Shown here: in pieces, positions 19,252-27,684 of the stretch
Layout: every line of letters starts with the position of its first letter
How positions within the stretch are numbered: the stretch's first letter is position 1
Virus record (IMG/VR): IMGVR_UViG_3300047160_003234
Span: 9,472 to 73,471 of that record
Strand: one strand, 5' to 3'
DNA from: a virus
DNA: 64,000 bases
Made by a program: the position numbers and the translations under genes
Notes under the pieces: model-generated
Database searches by the model: none
Seen by the model: only the letters and a program-made list of their open reading frames with translations
What the model was told of the DNA's origin: nothing

Positions 19252-19454
19252 TGGCCTTCACCAATCAGCAACTGCTCGATTGCGCCCGGCGCGAGGTTGC
19301 GCTCCGCAAGGCGGTCTACACGAAGAGAGGCCTAACAGACGCGCGCCACCGTGAGATTGTGATGATGCAGGAGATCGCCGATCACTTTCAGAGGCTCGTT
19401 GAAACAGGCGGCGTCGTATTGGTGGAGGAACCCCGTGCCCGTCCAGCTCCCTGA
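19251..19454 (+). CDS. Hypothetical protein
   Basis: TGATG overlap; CARREVALRKAVY. Confidence 0.7.
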   Translation: MAFTNQQLLDCARREVALRKAVYTKRGLTDARHREIVMMQEIADHFQRLVETGGVVLVEEPRARPAP

Positions 19455-20109
19455 ACCGATCCCGGCGCCGATCGCGCGCCTTCCCAAGGACGACCGCGGC
19501 TATCCGGTCCCGTGGTTCATCCAGTGGATCAAGGACAGCAAGGAGGCCGCGCCCGGCGAGGGCCAGCCCGATTTCCGCTACATGGACCCGAAGAAGTGGG
19601 AGGAAGGCCTCATGCGGGGCCGCTGCTGGGTCTGCGGCGGCACGCTTGGCACGCACCGGATCTTCGTTATCGGCCCCATGTGCGCCATCAACCGAGTGAC
19701 GCAAGAGCCGCCCTGCCACCGCGCCTGCGCCGAATACGCCTGCAAGGCCTGTCCGTTCCTTGCCCGCCCGCGGATGCGGCGCAACATCAAGGGCCTGCCC
19801 GACGATGTTTACGATAACGTCGGGGGCATGATGATCGAGCGCAACCCCGGCGCGATGGCCTTATGGGAGACGCGCAAATATCGCCCCTTTAAGGCCGGGA
19901 ACGGCTGGCTCATCCGGCTCGGCGAGCCCGACCGGGTCGACTGGTGGGCGGAAGGGCGGCAAGCGACGCGCGCCGAAATCGTCGAATCGATCCGCACCGG
20001 GTTTCCGATCTTGCAGGCCGCATGCCAGCAGGACGCCGATCCCGAGGATTCGCTCAAAGAGCTGGAGAAGCAGAGGGAGAGAGCGATGGCCCTCCTGCCT
20101 GCCGCCTGA
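19435..20109 (+). CDS. Conserved phage protein with Cys/His clusters
   Basis: GGAGG RBS + GTG; RGYPVPWF, CWVCG, EPPCH...CPFL. Confidence 0.8.
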   Translation: MPVQLPEPIPAPIARLPKDDRGYPVPWFIQWIKDSKEAAPGEGQPDFRYMDPKKWEEGLMRGRCWVCGGTLGTHRIFVIGPMCAINRVTQEPPCHRACAEYACKACPFLARPRMRRNIKGLPDDVYDNVGGMMIERNPGAMALWETRKYRPFKAGNGWLIRLGEPDRVDWWAEGRQATRAEIVESIRTGFPILQAACQQDADPEDSLKELEKQRERAMALLPAA

Positions 20110-20110
20110 T

Positions 20111-20139
20111 TTGCAGTTCATGCAATAATGTTTTAGGGT
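20111..20139 (+). promoter_or_regulatory. Promoter TTGCAG-N17-TAGGGT with perfect operator TTGCAGTTCATGCAA
   Basis: Palindrome overlapping the -35. Confidence 0.7.
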
Positions 20140-20165
20140 GGGACGCAGATTTTTTTGGGGCAAAA

Positions 20166-20316
20166 ATGCAGGGCGTCCCGACCAGATACGCGGCCAAATG
20201 CGCTTTCTGCGGCCTTTCCCTCGATACGAGGGAAGACGGCGACCAACAAATGGGCGCACCGTCTGTGCGTCGAGTCGAGAATTAAGGGCTACATCAAGCA
20301 GGAGAGCCTGCTGTGA
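20166..20316 (+). pseudogene. Frameshifted small zinc-binding protein
   Basis: MQGVPTRYAAKCAFCG... continues in another frame as NKWAHRLCVESRIKGYIKQESLL, which couples to the next GTG. Confidence 0.5.
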
Positions 20317-20681
20317 GGCGAGCGCTGATCTTCTTTCCAGTCGCGCTGGCAGCGGCTTCTCCGGCCGCGGCCCGGCACGCGCCAGAGTGCCACTTCTACC
20401 ACCACTGGGCGTTTCATACCGCACAGCGTTGCAATCCAGACGGAACATGGCGCGTGCGCGTCGCGCAATATGTCCCGCCCGAGATGCGGGAGAAGGCAAA
20501 ACGCGATCTCGACGGCTTCCTGTCGCACTTTCCCCAGAAGGGCCCTCCGCCCTCCAAGGAAGCGCTGGCGCCCGTCGACATCCCGCTTCCACAGCTCCTC
20601 TGGGCGCCGAATGACGGCGCCAATGACACGCGCTGGAAGCTGCTTTTGCTCGGAAAACTAAGGGAGAAGAATGGTGACTGA
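20313..20681 (+). CDS. Small secreted protein
   Basis: Signal peptide MRRALIFFPVALAAASPAAA. Confidence 0.7.
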   Translation: MRRALIFFPVALAAASPAAARHAPECHFYHHWAFHTAQRCNPDGTWRVRVAQYVPPEMREKAKRDLDGFLSHFPQKGPPPSKEALAPVDIPLPQLLWAPNDGANDTRWKLLLLGKLREKNGD

Positions 20682-21009
20682 ACCTGACCCAAATGCATCA
20701 AATGCATCAATCGGCACGCCGTTTGAGCTGATGGAGGGCGCGCAGGGGCCCACGATCAGGGCCATCATCGGCCGCCTTGGCCAGAGGCCGCCCACGGTCG
20801 AGGAGGTCCGCGCCCATGAGGCGGCCCGCGAGGCCGAGGAGGCCGTGCTGGAGAAGACCAAGCGCGTCACTCAGGCCCGCAAGCACGCGGTGATGATGAT
20901 CATGGCGGCGATCAAGCGCAACGGCGGCGATCCCCTAGACGTCTGGGAGGATCATTATGTCGACGCCCTCTGGTCGCAGGCCGACCAGCTCGTAGCGCTC
21001 GATCGCTAG
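20671..21009 (+). CDS. Hypothetical protein
   Basis: GGGAG RBS; converges with the late operon. Confidence 0.7.
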   Translation: MVTEPDPNASNASIGTPFELMEGAQGPTIRAIIGRLGQRPPTVEEVRAHEAAREAEEAVLEKTKRVTQARKHAVMMIMAAIKRNGGDPLDVWEDHYVDALWSQADQLVALDR

Positions 21010-23561
21010 CAACTGGTGTTTGTTCCGCCGCCGGTTCCCCATCCAAGTGTTGCTAGTCCTGCGGTGAAAGCGCCATTTGCGGTTCCGTTGCAAGTGTTGT
21101 TTCGGAACACCGCGTAGGTATAGGTATAAGGCGCTCCATTTCCCGAGATAGAGCCATTGCCAAATGTATTCCCATCAATAAGGAGTGTTGTCCCCGTGAG
21201 CCCGAATTGGGTGCCATTTGGCTCCTGTCCCCACATACAAGTCATTAGGGTTCCACTGGTGCAATTTGTTGCGTTTGCTGGCGTAAAATTATTATTGATA
21301 TAGGCAATGTCGAAATATTTATAATTACCCGTGAAGCTGGTGTCTTGAGTGAAAAACCCCGGCCCGAAAGTGTTTCCCGTATAGGTGTTAAATCCAAAGA
21401 TCGCATTAGCAGGGCCTTGAGCAGTGCCGCCGCTGGCAAAATTGCCGCCAGCCGTGACCTGTGTGAAGGTGACCGACTGGTGATAGTAGAAATTCAGTCC
21501 GATGTAATCGCCGTTTGAACAGGCGGTTGGCGTCTGTCCGATCAGCGTGAATGTGTTAGACGTGATGCTTCCGACCGTTAGGGTGGAGGCTCCTAGACAG
21601 TTGGATTGAGGATAGCTATTGGCCGCAACAGGCGCTTGGGCGATCGACCACCAGCCTATCCCTACGGCTGTGGCCGATACGAAGGACGGCAGACTGCCTG
21701 TCACGGTTATTGTCGTATTGCCGCCCGAGTTCGCCGCGCCCGATACGGTCACGCCGGGAAAGCCGCTGGTCGTCGTGCAAGTATTGCCAATCATTAACGA
21801 CTGGAACCCGCCCCAGCACCCAAAAGTGCTGTTAGCGATATTGTTCTCAGTGAGTTGCGAACCAAGGACGCCGCTATAGAGAGTCGAGATATTCAGACTG
21901 GTGAGAAGTTCCCACCCTAACGACCCTCGTCCCAATCCATAGCCTAATTGATAGCCATAGCAATCAGTGCATCCCCCACTGTAGTTGATGCTATCCGTCC
22001 AGCGATCCATAAAAGGGACCGACCCGTTGTACGAGCTTTGGTTGCCGGAATAAACGTCATGCACGTCAACCCCGACATGAAGTCTCCAAACCGGGGAGTA
22101 GTTGATGAGAAACGACGTGAACGGCACGCTTGAAGTCGCGGTGCCGGGATTGGGAAGGATATTGAACCAGCCGAAAGTTTCCGGCGGCGAGACAGAGTTG
22201 GCTGGAATCCGTAATTGATAGGCTTCCGGCGTACCGGGACAGGTTCCCGAGCATTTAAGGTAAACGGTGAAGTGGGAATAATCGTTGTCGATAATCGCGC
22301 TGCCGCCCGAGCCGCCCGTCGATTGCGCCGTGCATCCCGATCCGACAGGCTCAAGGCAAAGCGTGATCGTCCCGCTGGACGAGGTCTTGACCCAGTAGGG
22401 ACGATCGACCTTCCACGGCGACGGAGGCGACTCCGTGTACGGAATGAAAACCGCCTGATTGAGTGAGTACGAGCCACAGCCTGTGATGGTCGGGGACGAC
22501 GCCGTGAAAGCGCAAGTGTTCCCGTCGTTGACCGGGTAGAGCGACGCCACTGCGGCGATGTAGGTCGCGCAGGGAGACGCAGAAGAACAGATCGATCCCG
22601 AGCCGCTGTTGGCGTCGGCATAAGCCATCGTGCCGCTCGACGGCAAAAGCGTTGAATTGGCGTTGGTCGAGAAGAAGTACGATCCGCCGAGGACGGGTTG
22701 CGGCTCGTAGTTGCCCGCGCCATCGGCCGCGATGGTGAATGTTCCGTTTTGAGTCGGAGTCGTCGCGGTCGTCGCGCACTGTGTCCCGACCAGATTCCAG
22801 ATTGGAAGGGCGCTGAAATTGCCTGCCGCTGGCGTGTACGCTGAAAGATCGAAATGCCCCGGGTCGAGATGGGACGATTGCATGACGCAATAGCGTCCCG
22901 TTGGAAGTCCGGTGAGCGACGACGTGACGTAGACGATTTTCCCGACGCTCCAGCCATGCGCTTGCAGGGCGATTTGCGATGATCCCGATGTCGCCGTCGC
23001 GGTGCGCTGTGCGCTTAAGTAGCGCGGATAACCCGCCGTCGGCGTGACGATCGCCCGCATTTCGTGGACGCCGTCCACTAAGGTCGTCGTATTCACTGAG
23101 ACGCAGTATTCCGCCGCGCTCAAGCCGGAGGCGGTGAAGGTTTTTGTGGAGTTGAAGCTCGATACGACGACAGGGCTTCCGCCATCGAGATAAAAAGTGA
23201 CGCTTGATCCCGGCGTGGCGGCGACGGCGTCGCTAAGAGATACCGCCATTATACAGGCATGGAACGTGCCGCTTTGGAGCGTATTGGGAACCATGTCCCA
23301 ATTTGCGATCACATTTGAATTGAAGCCTGTTTGGCCGGATGTTCCTTGCTGTCCCGGAACGGCTTGCGGAGCCCAAGAGGTATTGATGACATCGGCGGTG
23401 TCGTTCGGCGACATATAAGGCTGGCTTGTTCCCGCCGTGATCGGCGGAATGCCGCCCCCGCCGCCGCCACTGGTCGCCGTCATAAACCCGGCGAAAGAGC
23501 TGGCGGCCTCAACGGAGAATGGCGTGCAAAGGAGGATCGCCGCCAGTGCGGCGCGTATCAA
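21006..23561 (-). CDS. Large Cys/Ser/Thr/Gly-rich beta protein (tailspike/adhesin-like) with signal peptide
   Basis: TTGA-coupled start MIRAALAAILLCTPFSVEA; C-terminal Asn-rich beta-helix-like repeats (NNTF/GNTF). Confidence 0.75.
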   Translation of the reverse strand: MIRAALAAILLCTPFSVEAASSFAGFMTATSGGGGGGIPPITAGTSQPYMSPNDTADVINTSWAPQAVPGQQGTSGQTGFNSNVIANWDMVPNTLQSGTFHACIMAVSLSDAVAATPGSSVTFYLDGGSPVVVSSFNSTKTFTASGLSAAEYCVSVNTTTLVDGVHEMRAIVTPTAGYPRYLSAQRTATATSGSSQIALQAHGWSVGKIVYVTSSLTGLPTGRYCVMQSSHLDPGHFDLSAYTPAAGNFSALPIWNLVGTQCATTATTPTQNGTFTIAADGAGNYEPQPVLGGSYFFSTNANSTLLPSSGTMAYADANSGSGSICSSASPCATYIAAVASLYPVNDGNTCAFTASSPTITGCGSYSLNQAVFIPYTESPPSPWKVDRPYWVKTSSSGTITLCLEPVGSGCTAQSTGGSGGSAIIDNDYSHFTVYLKCSGTCPGTPEAYQLRIPANSVSPPETFGWFNILPNPGTATSSVPFTSFLINYSPVWRLHVGVDVHDVYSGNQSSYNGSVPFMDRWTDSINYSGGCTDCYGYQLGYGLGRGSLGWELLTSLNISTLYSGVLGSQLTENNIANSTFGCWGGFQSLMIGNTCTTTSGFPGVTVSGAANSGGNTTITVTGSLPSFVSATAVGIGWWSIAQAPVAANSYPQSNCLGASTLTVGSITSNTFTLIGQTPTACSNGDYIGLNFYYHQSVTFTQVTAGGNFASGGTAQGPANAIFGFNTYTGNTFGPGFFTQDTSFTGNYKYFDIAYINNNFTPANATNCTSGTLMTCMWGQEPNGTQFGLTGTTLLIDGNTFGNGSISGNGAPYTYTYAVFRNNTCNGTANGAFTAGLATLGWGTGGGTNTSC

Positions 23562-24250
23562 GACCCGCAACTGACCATCCTTCCCGAATTGAAAGACTGA
23601 GTGAGCGTCGGGCCGCATAAGACGACAGGCGCCGCGCCTGCCCCGGATCGCGTGCTGAGTTGGACAATAACATCGTTCTGATTGGCGGTGGGGCCGCTCA
23701 ATGTCGGGTTTTGGACGTTCCAATCCCCCGGAGGATAGGCGCCGGTGTTGTACCAGCGGTTTACGTTGGAGACGGATGAATTGTACCAAAGATCACAGCC
23801 ACCCGCGGGATCACAGTCGACTGTCACCAAAAATTCAGTGCCGCCGGGCGCCAAGGTTATCCAATCGCTGGTGGCGATGTTAGCAGCCGTAATCGTGACT
23901 CCATGCGCCCCACCAGTACATCCTGTCCCGCATGGACCCGTCGTAAAGGTCACTTCCTGAAATGTCGTTGATGGAAACGCGGTCGTGCAAGCACCCGACG
24001 GACTGGCGAATGAACCGGACGACATGCAAATCGACATATGAGGGGATATGGTACCGTAAGTCCCGCCATTGATCTGTAGCTGAACTTGTCCAAGACTAGG
24101 CCCGGTTGCCGTAAACTCGATTCGGACAGCCCAACTGTAAACGGCTGTGCCTGTGCCGGAACCAATAGGCCCGTAGATTACGGATTGCGCTTCGGCTGCG
24201 CCTCCCCAAACGCAAGCCAGAGCAGCGCTAAGAAAGAGCGCGCGGCGCAT
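23558..24250 (-). CDS. Cys-rich beta protein with signal peptide
   Basis: TGATG-coupled start MRRALFLSAALACVWGGAAEA-Q. Confidence 0.75.
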   Translation of the reverse strand: MRRALFLSAALACVWGGAAEAQSVIYGPIGSGTGTAVYSWAVRIEFTATGPSLGQVQLQINGGTYGTISPHMSICMSSGSFASPSGACTTAFPSTTFQEVTFTTGPCGTGCTGGAHGVTITAANIATSDWITLAPGGTEFLVTVDCDPAGGCDLWYNSSVSNVNRWYNTGAYPPGDWNVQNPTLSGPTANQNDVIVQLSTRSGAGAAPVVLCGPTLTQSFNSGRMVSCGS

Positions 24251-25557
24251 CAGAAGTAGTCCGCCTCGATGAAGCCCGTGTCCGCGCCGCTCGTGAAAGT
24301 GTACGGCGAGGCGTTTGTGGAGAGCAGGATCACGATCCCGGTTCCCATGAGGATGGTGTCTGGCAGGCGGCTGATGGAGCACCCGCGCGTCGTCGTGTCG
24401 AACATGCAAACCGAAATGGGAGTGATGGCCGAACCGCTGGTCGGCGCCGAGATGGCGTTGATGGCGATGCAATAACCGGCGGCGCCCCCAGTGATGGCGG
24501 TGCAATTAAAGGCCCCGAGATTTCCGGCGGACCCTTTAGCGACCAAGGAAGCTGCGAGCGCGCCGGTTGTGGTATGAGCCATAGTGGCGGCGACGACAGG
24601 CGAGGAGTTCGCCGCAAGGGCGCCCCCATTGGCGTTGGTATTAGTGACAAAGACGTTTGCACCGGGCACGTTGCCGGTCGGCGCGGTGCCATAGGCGGTC
24701 GGCGTGGCGAGCGTCGTTCCCGCCTGTTGCGTCAGGTTGATCGTCCACGGCGGCGAGCCCTGAAGGACGGTCGGGTTAGAGGCGAAGGCCGGGAGCGTGC
24801 CGCTGATGCCGAACGATGAGTTGGCGATCGACCCAATGGTGTTCACGCCGGTTCCGAGAACGAATGTCGCGCCCGTGCCCGGGACGACCGGCATGGGATT
24901 GGCCGCCGCGGCGATGGCGGCGCCCACGAACATCTCGGCGTTGACGCCGATCTGATTGCCGCTTGGCGCGGTGCCCCATGCAGTCGGCGATCCGACGCCG
25001 ACCGAGTTCCATTGCGTGACGTTGACGTTGCCTCCGCCTCCGCCTCCGCCTCCGCCTCCTGAGAGAACCGGCAGGCCGGAACCGCCGGTCACGTTGACGG
25101 TCGAAGTGCCGCTCGGCGACATACAGGAGAGCGAAGTCGCGCCGCCTGTCCCGATGCCCTTCCCGCCGCCGCCGGGCGACAGGTACATATCCGACGCAGT
25201 GGCGGGTCCAGCGCCGGGAACGCAGTAGATGCCGTTCGAGCCGACGTTCTCAATGATCCATGTCGCCGCTGCGGGTTCGCCCGCCTGAGTCACCGATGTT
25301 CCCGGCGTGACCGTCACGACCGGGGCGCCTCTGGCCGCCCACTGGAAGGGCGTGACGGTCGCCGAGACGGAAGCGGCGGTGCAGGCGTTGCCGTTCGTGT
25401 CTACCGTCGGCCAGTTGCTTTGGCCGGGCGTCCAAAGCGCGCCCCACGGCGCCGTGTTGCCGCAAGTCGTGACGACGCGCGCAGTCTGCGCTTGGGCGCC
25501 GTGAGGAAGTAAAAAGAGGAGGGCGGTCAGGGCCGGTGCGAAAAGAAGGCGCTTCAT
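24250..25557 (-). CDS. Fibre-like Gly/Thr-rich protein with signal peptide
   Basis: MKRLLFAPALTALLFLLPHGAQA-Q; repeated PTAWGTAPSGN / PTAYGTAPTGN units. Confidence 0.8.
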   Translation of the reverse strand: MKRLLFAPALTALLFLLPHGAQAQTARVVTTCGNTAPWGALWTPGQSNWPTVDTNGNACTAASVSATVTPFQWAARGAPVVTVTPGTSVTQAGEPAAATWIIENVGSNGIYCVPGAGPATASDMYLSPGGGGKGIGTGGATSLSCMSPSGTSTVNVTGGSGLPVLSGGGGGGGGGGNVNVTQWNSVGVGSPTAWGTAPSGNQIGVNAEMFVGAAIAAAANPMPVVPGTGATFVLGTGVNTIGSIANSSFGISGTLPAFASNPTVLQGSPPWTINLTQQAGTTLATPTAYGTAPTGNVPGANVFVTNTNANGGALAANSSPVVAATMAHTTTGALAASLVAKGSAGNLGAFNCTAITGGAAGYCIAINAISAPTSGSAITPISVCMFDTTTRGCSISRLPDTILMGTGIVILLSTNASPYTFTSGADTGFIEADYF

Positions 25558-25570
25558 CTCCGCTCTCCTT

Positions 25571-26671
25571 TTAGAAACGGATGATCTTGTTGACGGTTAA
25601 GCCGGGGGGGATGGTGTTATGGGCGTTGGCGGCGGCGCTGTAGTTGTTGGTCTGGCCCGTTCCGGCGTAGCCTTGCGAGGTGTTGTAGGCGTTGCCGATA
25701 GTGATGGCGGTGGCGTTGATGGTGAGGCTGGGCGCCGCGGCGCCCGTCGCATAAGAGCCGGAGCCCGGTTGCAAAAGGTACGGGGCGAAATTGCCGACGC
25801 CGTAGTAGCCAGAACTGATAAAGCCAGCGTCGTGCGTGTGGGAGCTGACCGCGCCGCTGTGGATATGTCCGCTGCCGACCCCGCCTTGCGTGTTGTCGTA
25901 GTGCTGGTGGGCGGGCATCTGGTCGATAGTCAGGGTGTGGTTCGCTTCGCCGATCGCCGCCGCCCGGCCCGAGCCCACCCACGTTCCCAGCCGCCCGCCG
26001 CTCGCGCTCCCCAAGATGACGTCGGCGCCCGTCGTGTTGCGCCCGCGAAAGTCGGGAATGGTCGCGGTCGTCGTACCGCCAAGGACCGAGACCAAGAGGT
26101 CGTAGGGCGGGTTGTTGATCGTCTGCCCGATGCAGGGAAGCCAGCCGGGCGGCGTATAGGTTCCATACCAGTCGCGGATCGTGCCGGGCGGGCAGTCCTG
26201 ATAGCCGTCCCAGAAGACCCGGTTCGGCAAGACGAGGATCGTGATCGGCAGATTGGCGCCATTGGCGTTGGAGCCGGAGGGCCAGAAGACGCCGATCGTG
26301 TCGGCCCCGCCGTTGCCGAGAATCGAGAGCTGGAATGTGGACTGCGCGAGCCCGTTGAGGATGAGCTTCCGCCCCAGCGCGCCGCCTGACGCGCCCGCAG
26401 CCGGGAAGGTGATGGTCTGATTGGAGGTGAGCGTCCCGGTCAGGGTGTAGCAGGCGTAGGAAGTCTGGGGGACGCCGTTTGAGGTGAGGGTCGCGGCCGA
26501 GAGGGCGAGGGTGCCGCCGGTCAGGCCGGAAAGGGCGAGAGTGCCGCCGAGGGCGGCGTCAATGGTGTAGAGGTCTTTGTCGGCGGGCGTGTCCCAGCCT
26601 TGGCCAGCGCCGCCGTAGTCGCCTCTGGCAGGCACCTCAAGGGCGAGAGAGCCGGTAAAGGTCGAGGCCGT
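25571..26671 (-). CDS. Tail fibre protein with tail-collar domain; probable ACG start
   Basis: PPGTIRDWYG...PPGWLPCIGQ...IPDFRGR, GEANHTLTIDQMPAH, AHNTIPP...NKIIRF. Confidence 0.85.
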   Translation of the reverse strand, partial: TASTFTGSLALEVPARGDYGGAGQGWDTPADKDLYTIDAALGGTLALSGLTGGTLALSAATLTSNGVPQTSYACYTLTGTLTSNQTITFPAAGASGGALGRKLILNGLAQSTFQLSILGNGGADTIGVFWPSGSNANGANLPITILVLPNRVFWDGYQDCPPGTIRDWYGTYTPPGWLPCIGQTINNPPYDLLVSVLGGTTTATIPDFRGRNTTGADVILGSASGGRLGTWVGSGRAAAIGEANHTLTIDQMPAHQHYDNTQGGVGSGHIHSGAVSSHTHDAGFISSGYYGVGNFAPYLLQPGSGSYATGAAAPSLTINATAITIGNAYNTSQGYAGTGQTNNYSAAANAHNTIPPGLTVNKIIRF

Positions 26672-26892
26672 GTCCGCCTCCCATGGGGCGCGTGCGACGG
26701 CCTGCCCAGCCTCGCGATTCGATTAGCACGGTCTGGTGACGCCCGCTAGACGCCAGTCTCCTTCCAATCCTCATCCGCCGTTCGGTCACGAATAAGGGTT
26801 GCGATAATCGCCTTTTGCACAAATCCATATCGTCTTGTCATGTCGCCAATTTCTCAGGTTGCGTTGCAACGGTTGCTATGCTACGCCAGAAA

Positions 26893-27204
26893 CTATCTGT
26901 TCACCACGGTAAAACTGCGCGTCGCTGGGCGGGGACGCATCTGGTCCGTAACGCAATAGCACGTCCCGTTGTGGTAATATTTGCTCTTTTCGACCATTCC
27001 CTTTTTGATAAGACCGTTGATTGCTATCCGTATTCCACGCAATTCGTTAGGGGTCGTCACGCCGCCGGGATAAAGCACGCGGCCTATCTCCCGTACATTT
27101 TGGTCTGGATGCTGCTGCAACCACCCAATAATACGCCTCTGTGTTTTTCCCTCGCCACTCACTTGCATTGCCCTCGTATTCCGTTTAAGGGAAGTCTTGA
27201 ACAT
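26893..27204 (-). CDS. Putative winged-helix DNA-binding protein
   Basis: TQRRIIGWLQQHPDQNVREIG...IRIAINGLIKKGMVEK; low-GC island. Confidence 0.55.
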   Translation of the reverse strand: MFKTSLKRNTRAMQVSGEGKTQRRIIGWLQQHPDQNVREIGRVLYPGGVTTPNELRGIRIAINGLIKKGMVEKSKYYHNGTCYCVTDQMRPRPATRSFTVVNR

Positions 27205-27438
27205 AAAAGAGACATATCATGAGAAGACCTGTCAGGGAAGAGATCTCAGCGGCAACCGCCAAGAGCGTCTTCGTCGAGAGGCGGCGGAATGGGACGTGCC
27301 TCGCCAACGTAATCAAGGCAATGCAAAATTGCTGGAAGCCAAGCAGCTAGAACAATGGGCGGCCAGCAAATTCAAAGGAAGAATTAGCTTAATAGGCGCG
27401 GAAATTTTTGGACAGCAAAACAAAATAGGAGTCGAAAA

Positions 27439-27684
27439 ATGGAATGGCTTATCGGGTTCGCTATCGTTCTTGCGCCATCGATCATCGCCTCGATGCGAGG
27501 CAATCCAGCTATGGGAACGATCATCGCCCTGAATTTTGGGGCGATCGTTCTTGTCGTACTCCAACTGAACTGGATGGATGACCCTAATCACCATCCAGGG
27601 ATGGAAGGTATCCTCGCGGCCCTTGCCTATGGCGGCGCTTGGTTCACCAGCTTTTTCTGGGCGCTGAAGCCAATCACTGCATAG
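27439..27684 (+). CDS. Superinfection immunity protein (T4 Imm-like)
   Basis: LAPSIIASMRG...IIALNF...GAWFTSFFWAL pattern; AGGAG RBS; antisense to late genes. Confidence 0.7.
   Translation: MEWLIGFAIVLAPSIIASMRGNPAMGTIIALNFGAIVLVVLQLNWMDDPNHHPGMEGILAALAYGGAWFTSFFWALKPITA

Noticed and set aside
25030-25059. (CCTCCG)n tandem repeat as a phase-variation tract
   Set aside because: Unit of 6 keeps frame and encodes a poly-Gly linker
21006-26671. Diversity-generating retroelement or invertible tail cassette
   Set aside because: No reverse transcriptase, no template/variable repeat pair and no flanking inverted sites seen
27197-27532. 111-aa plus-strand ORF in the moron island
   Set aside because: No clear RBS or motif and overlaps the Imm-like gene; coding status unresolved
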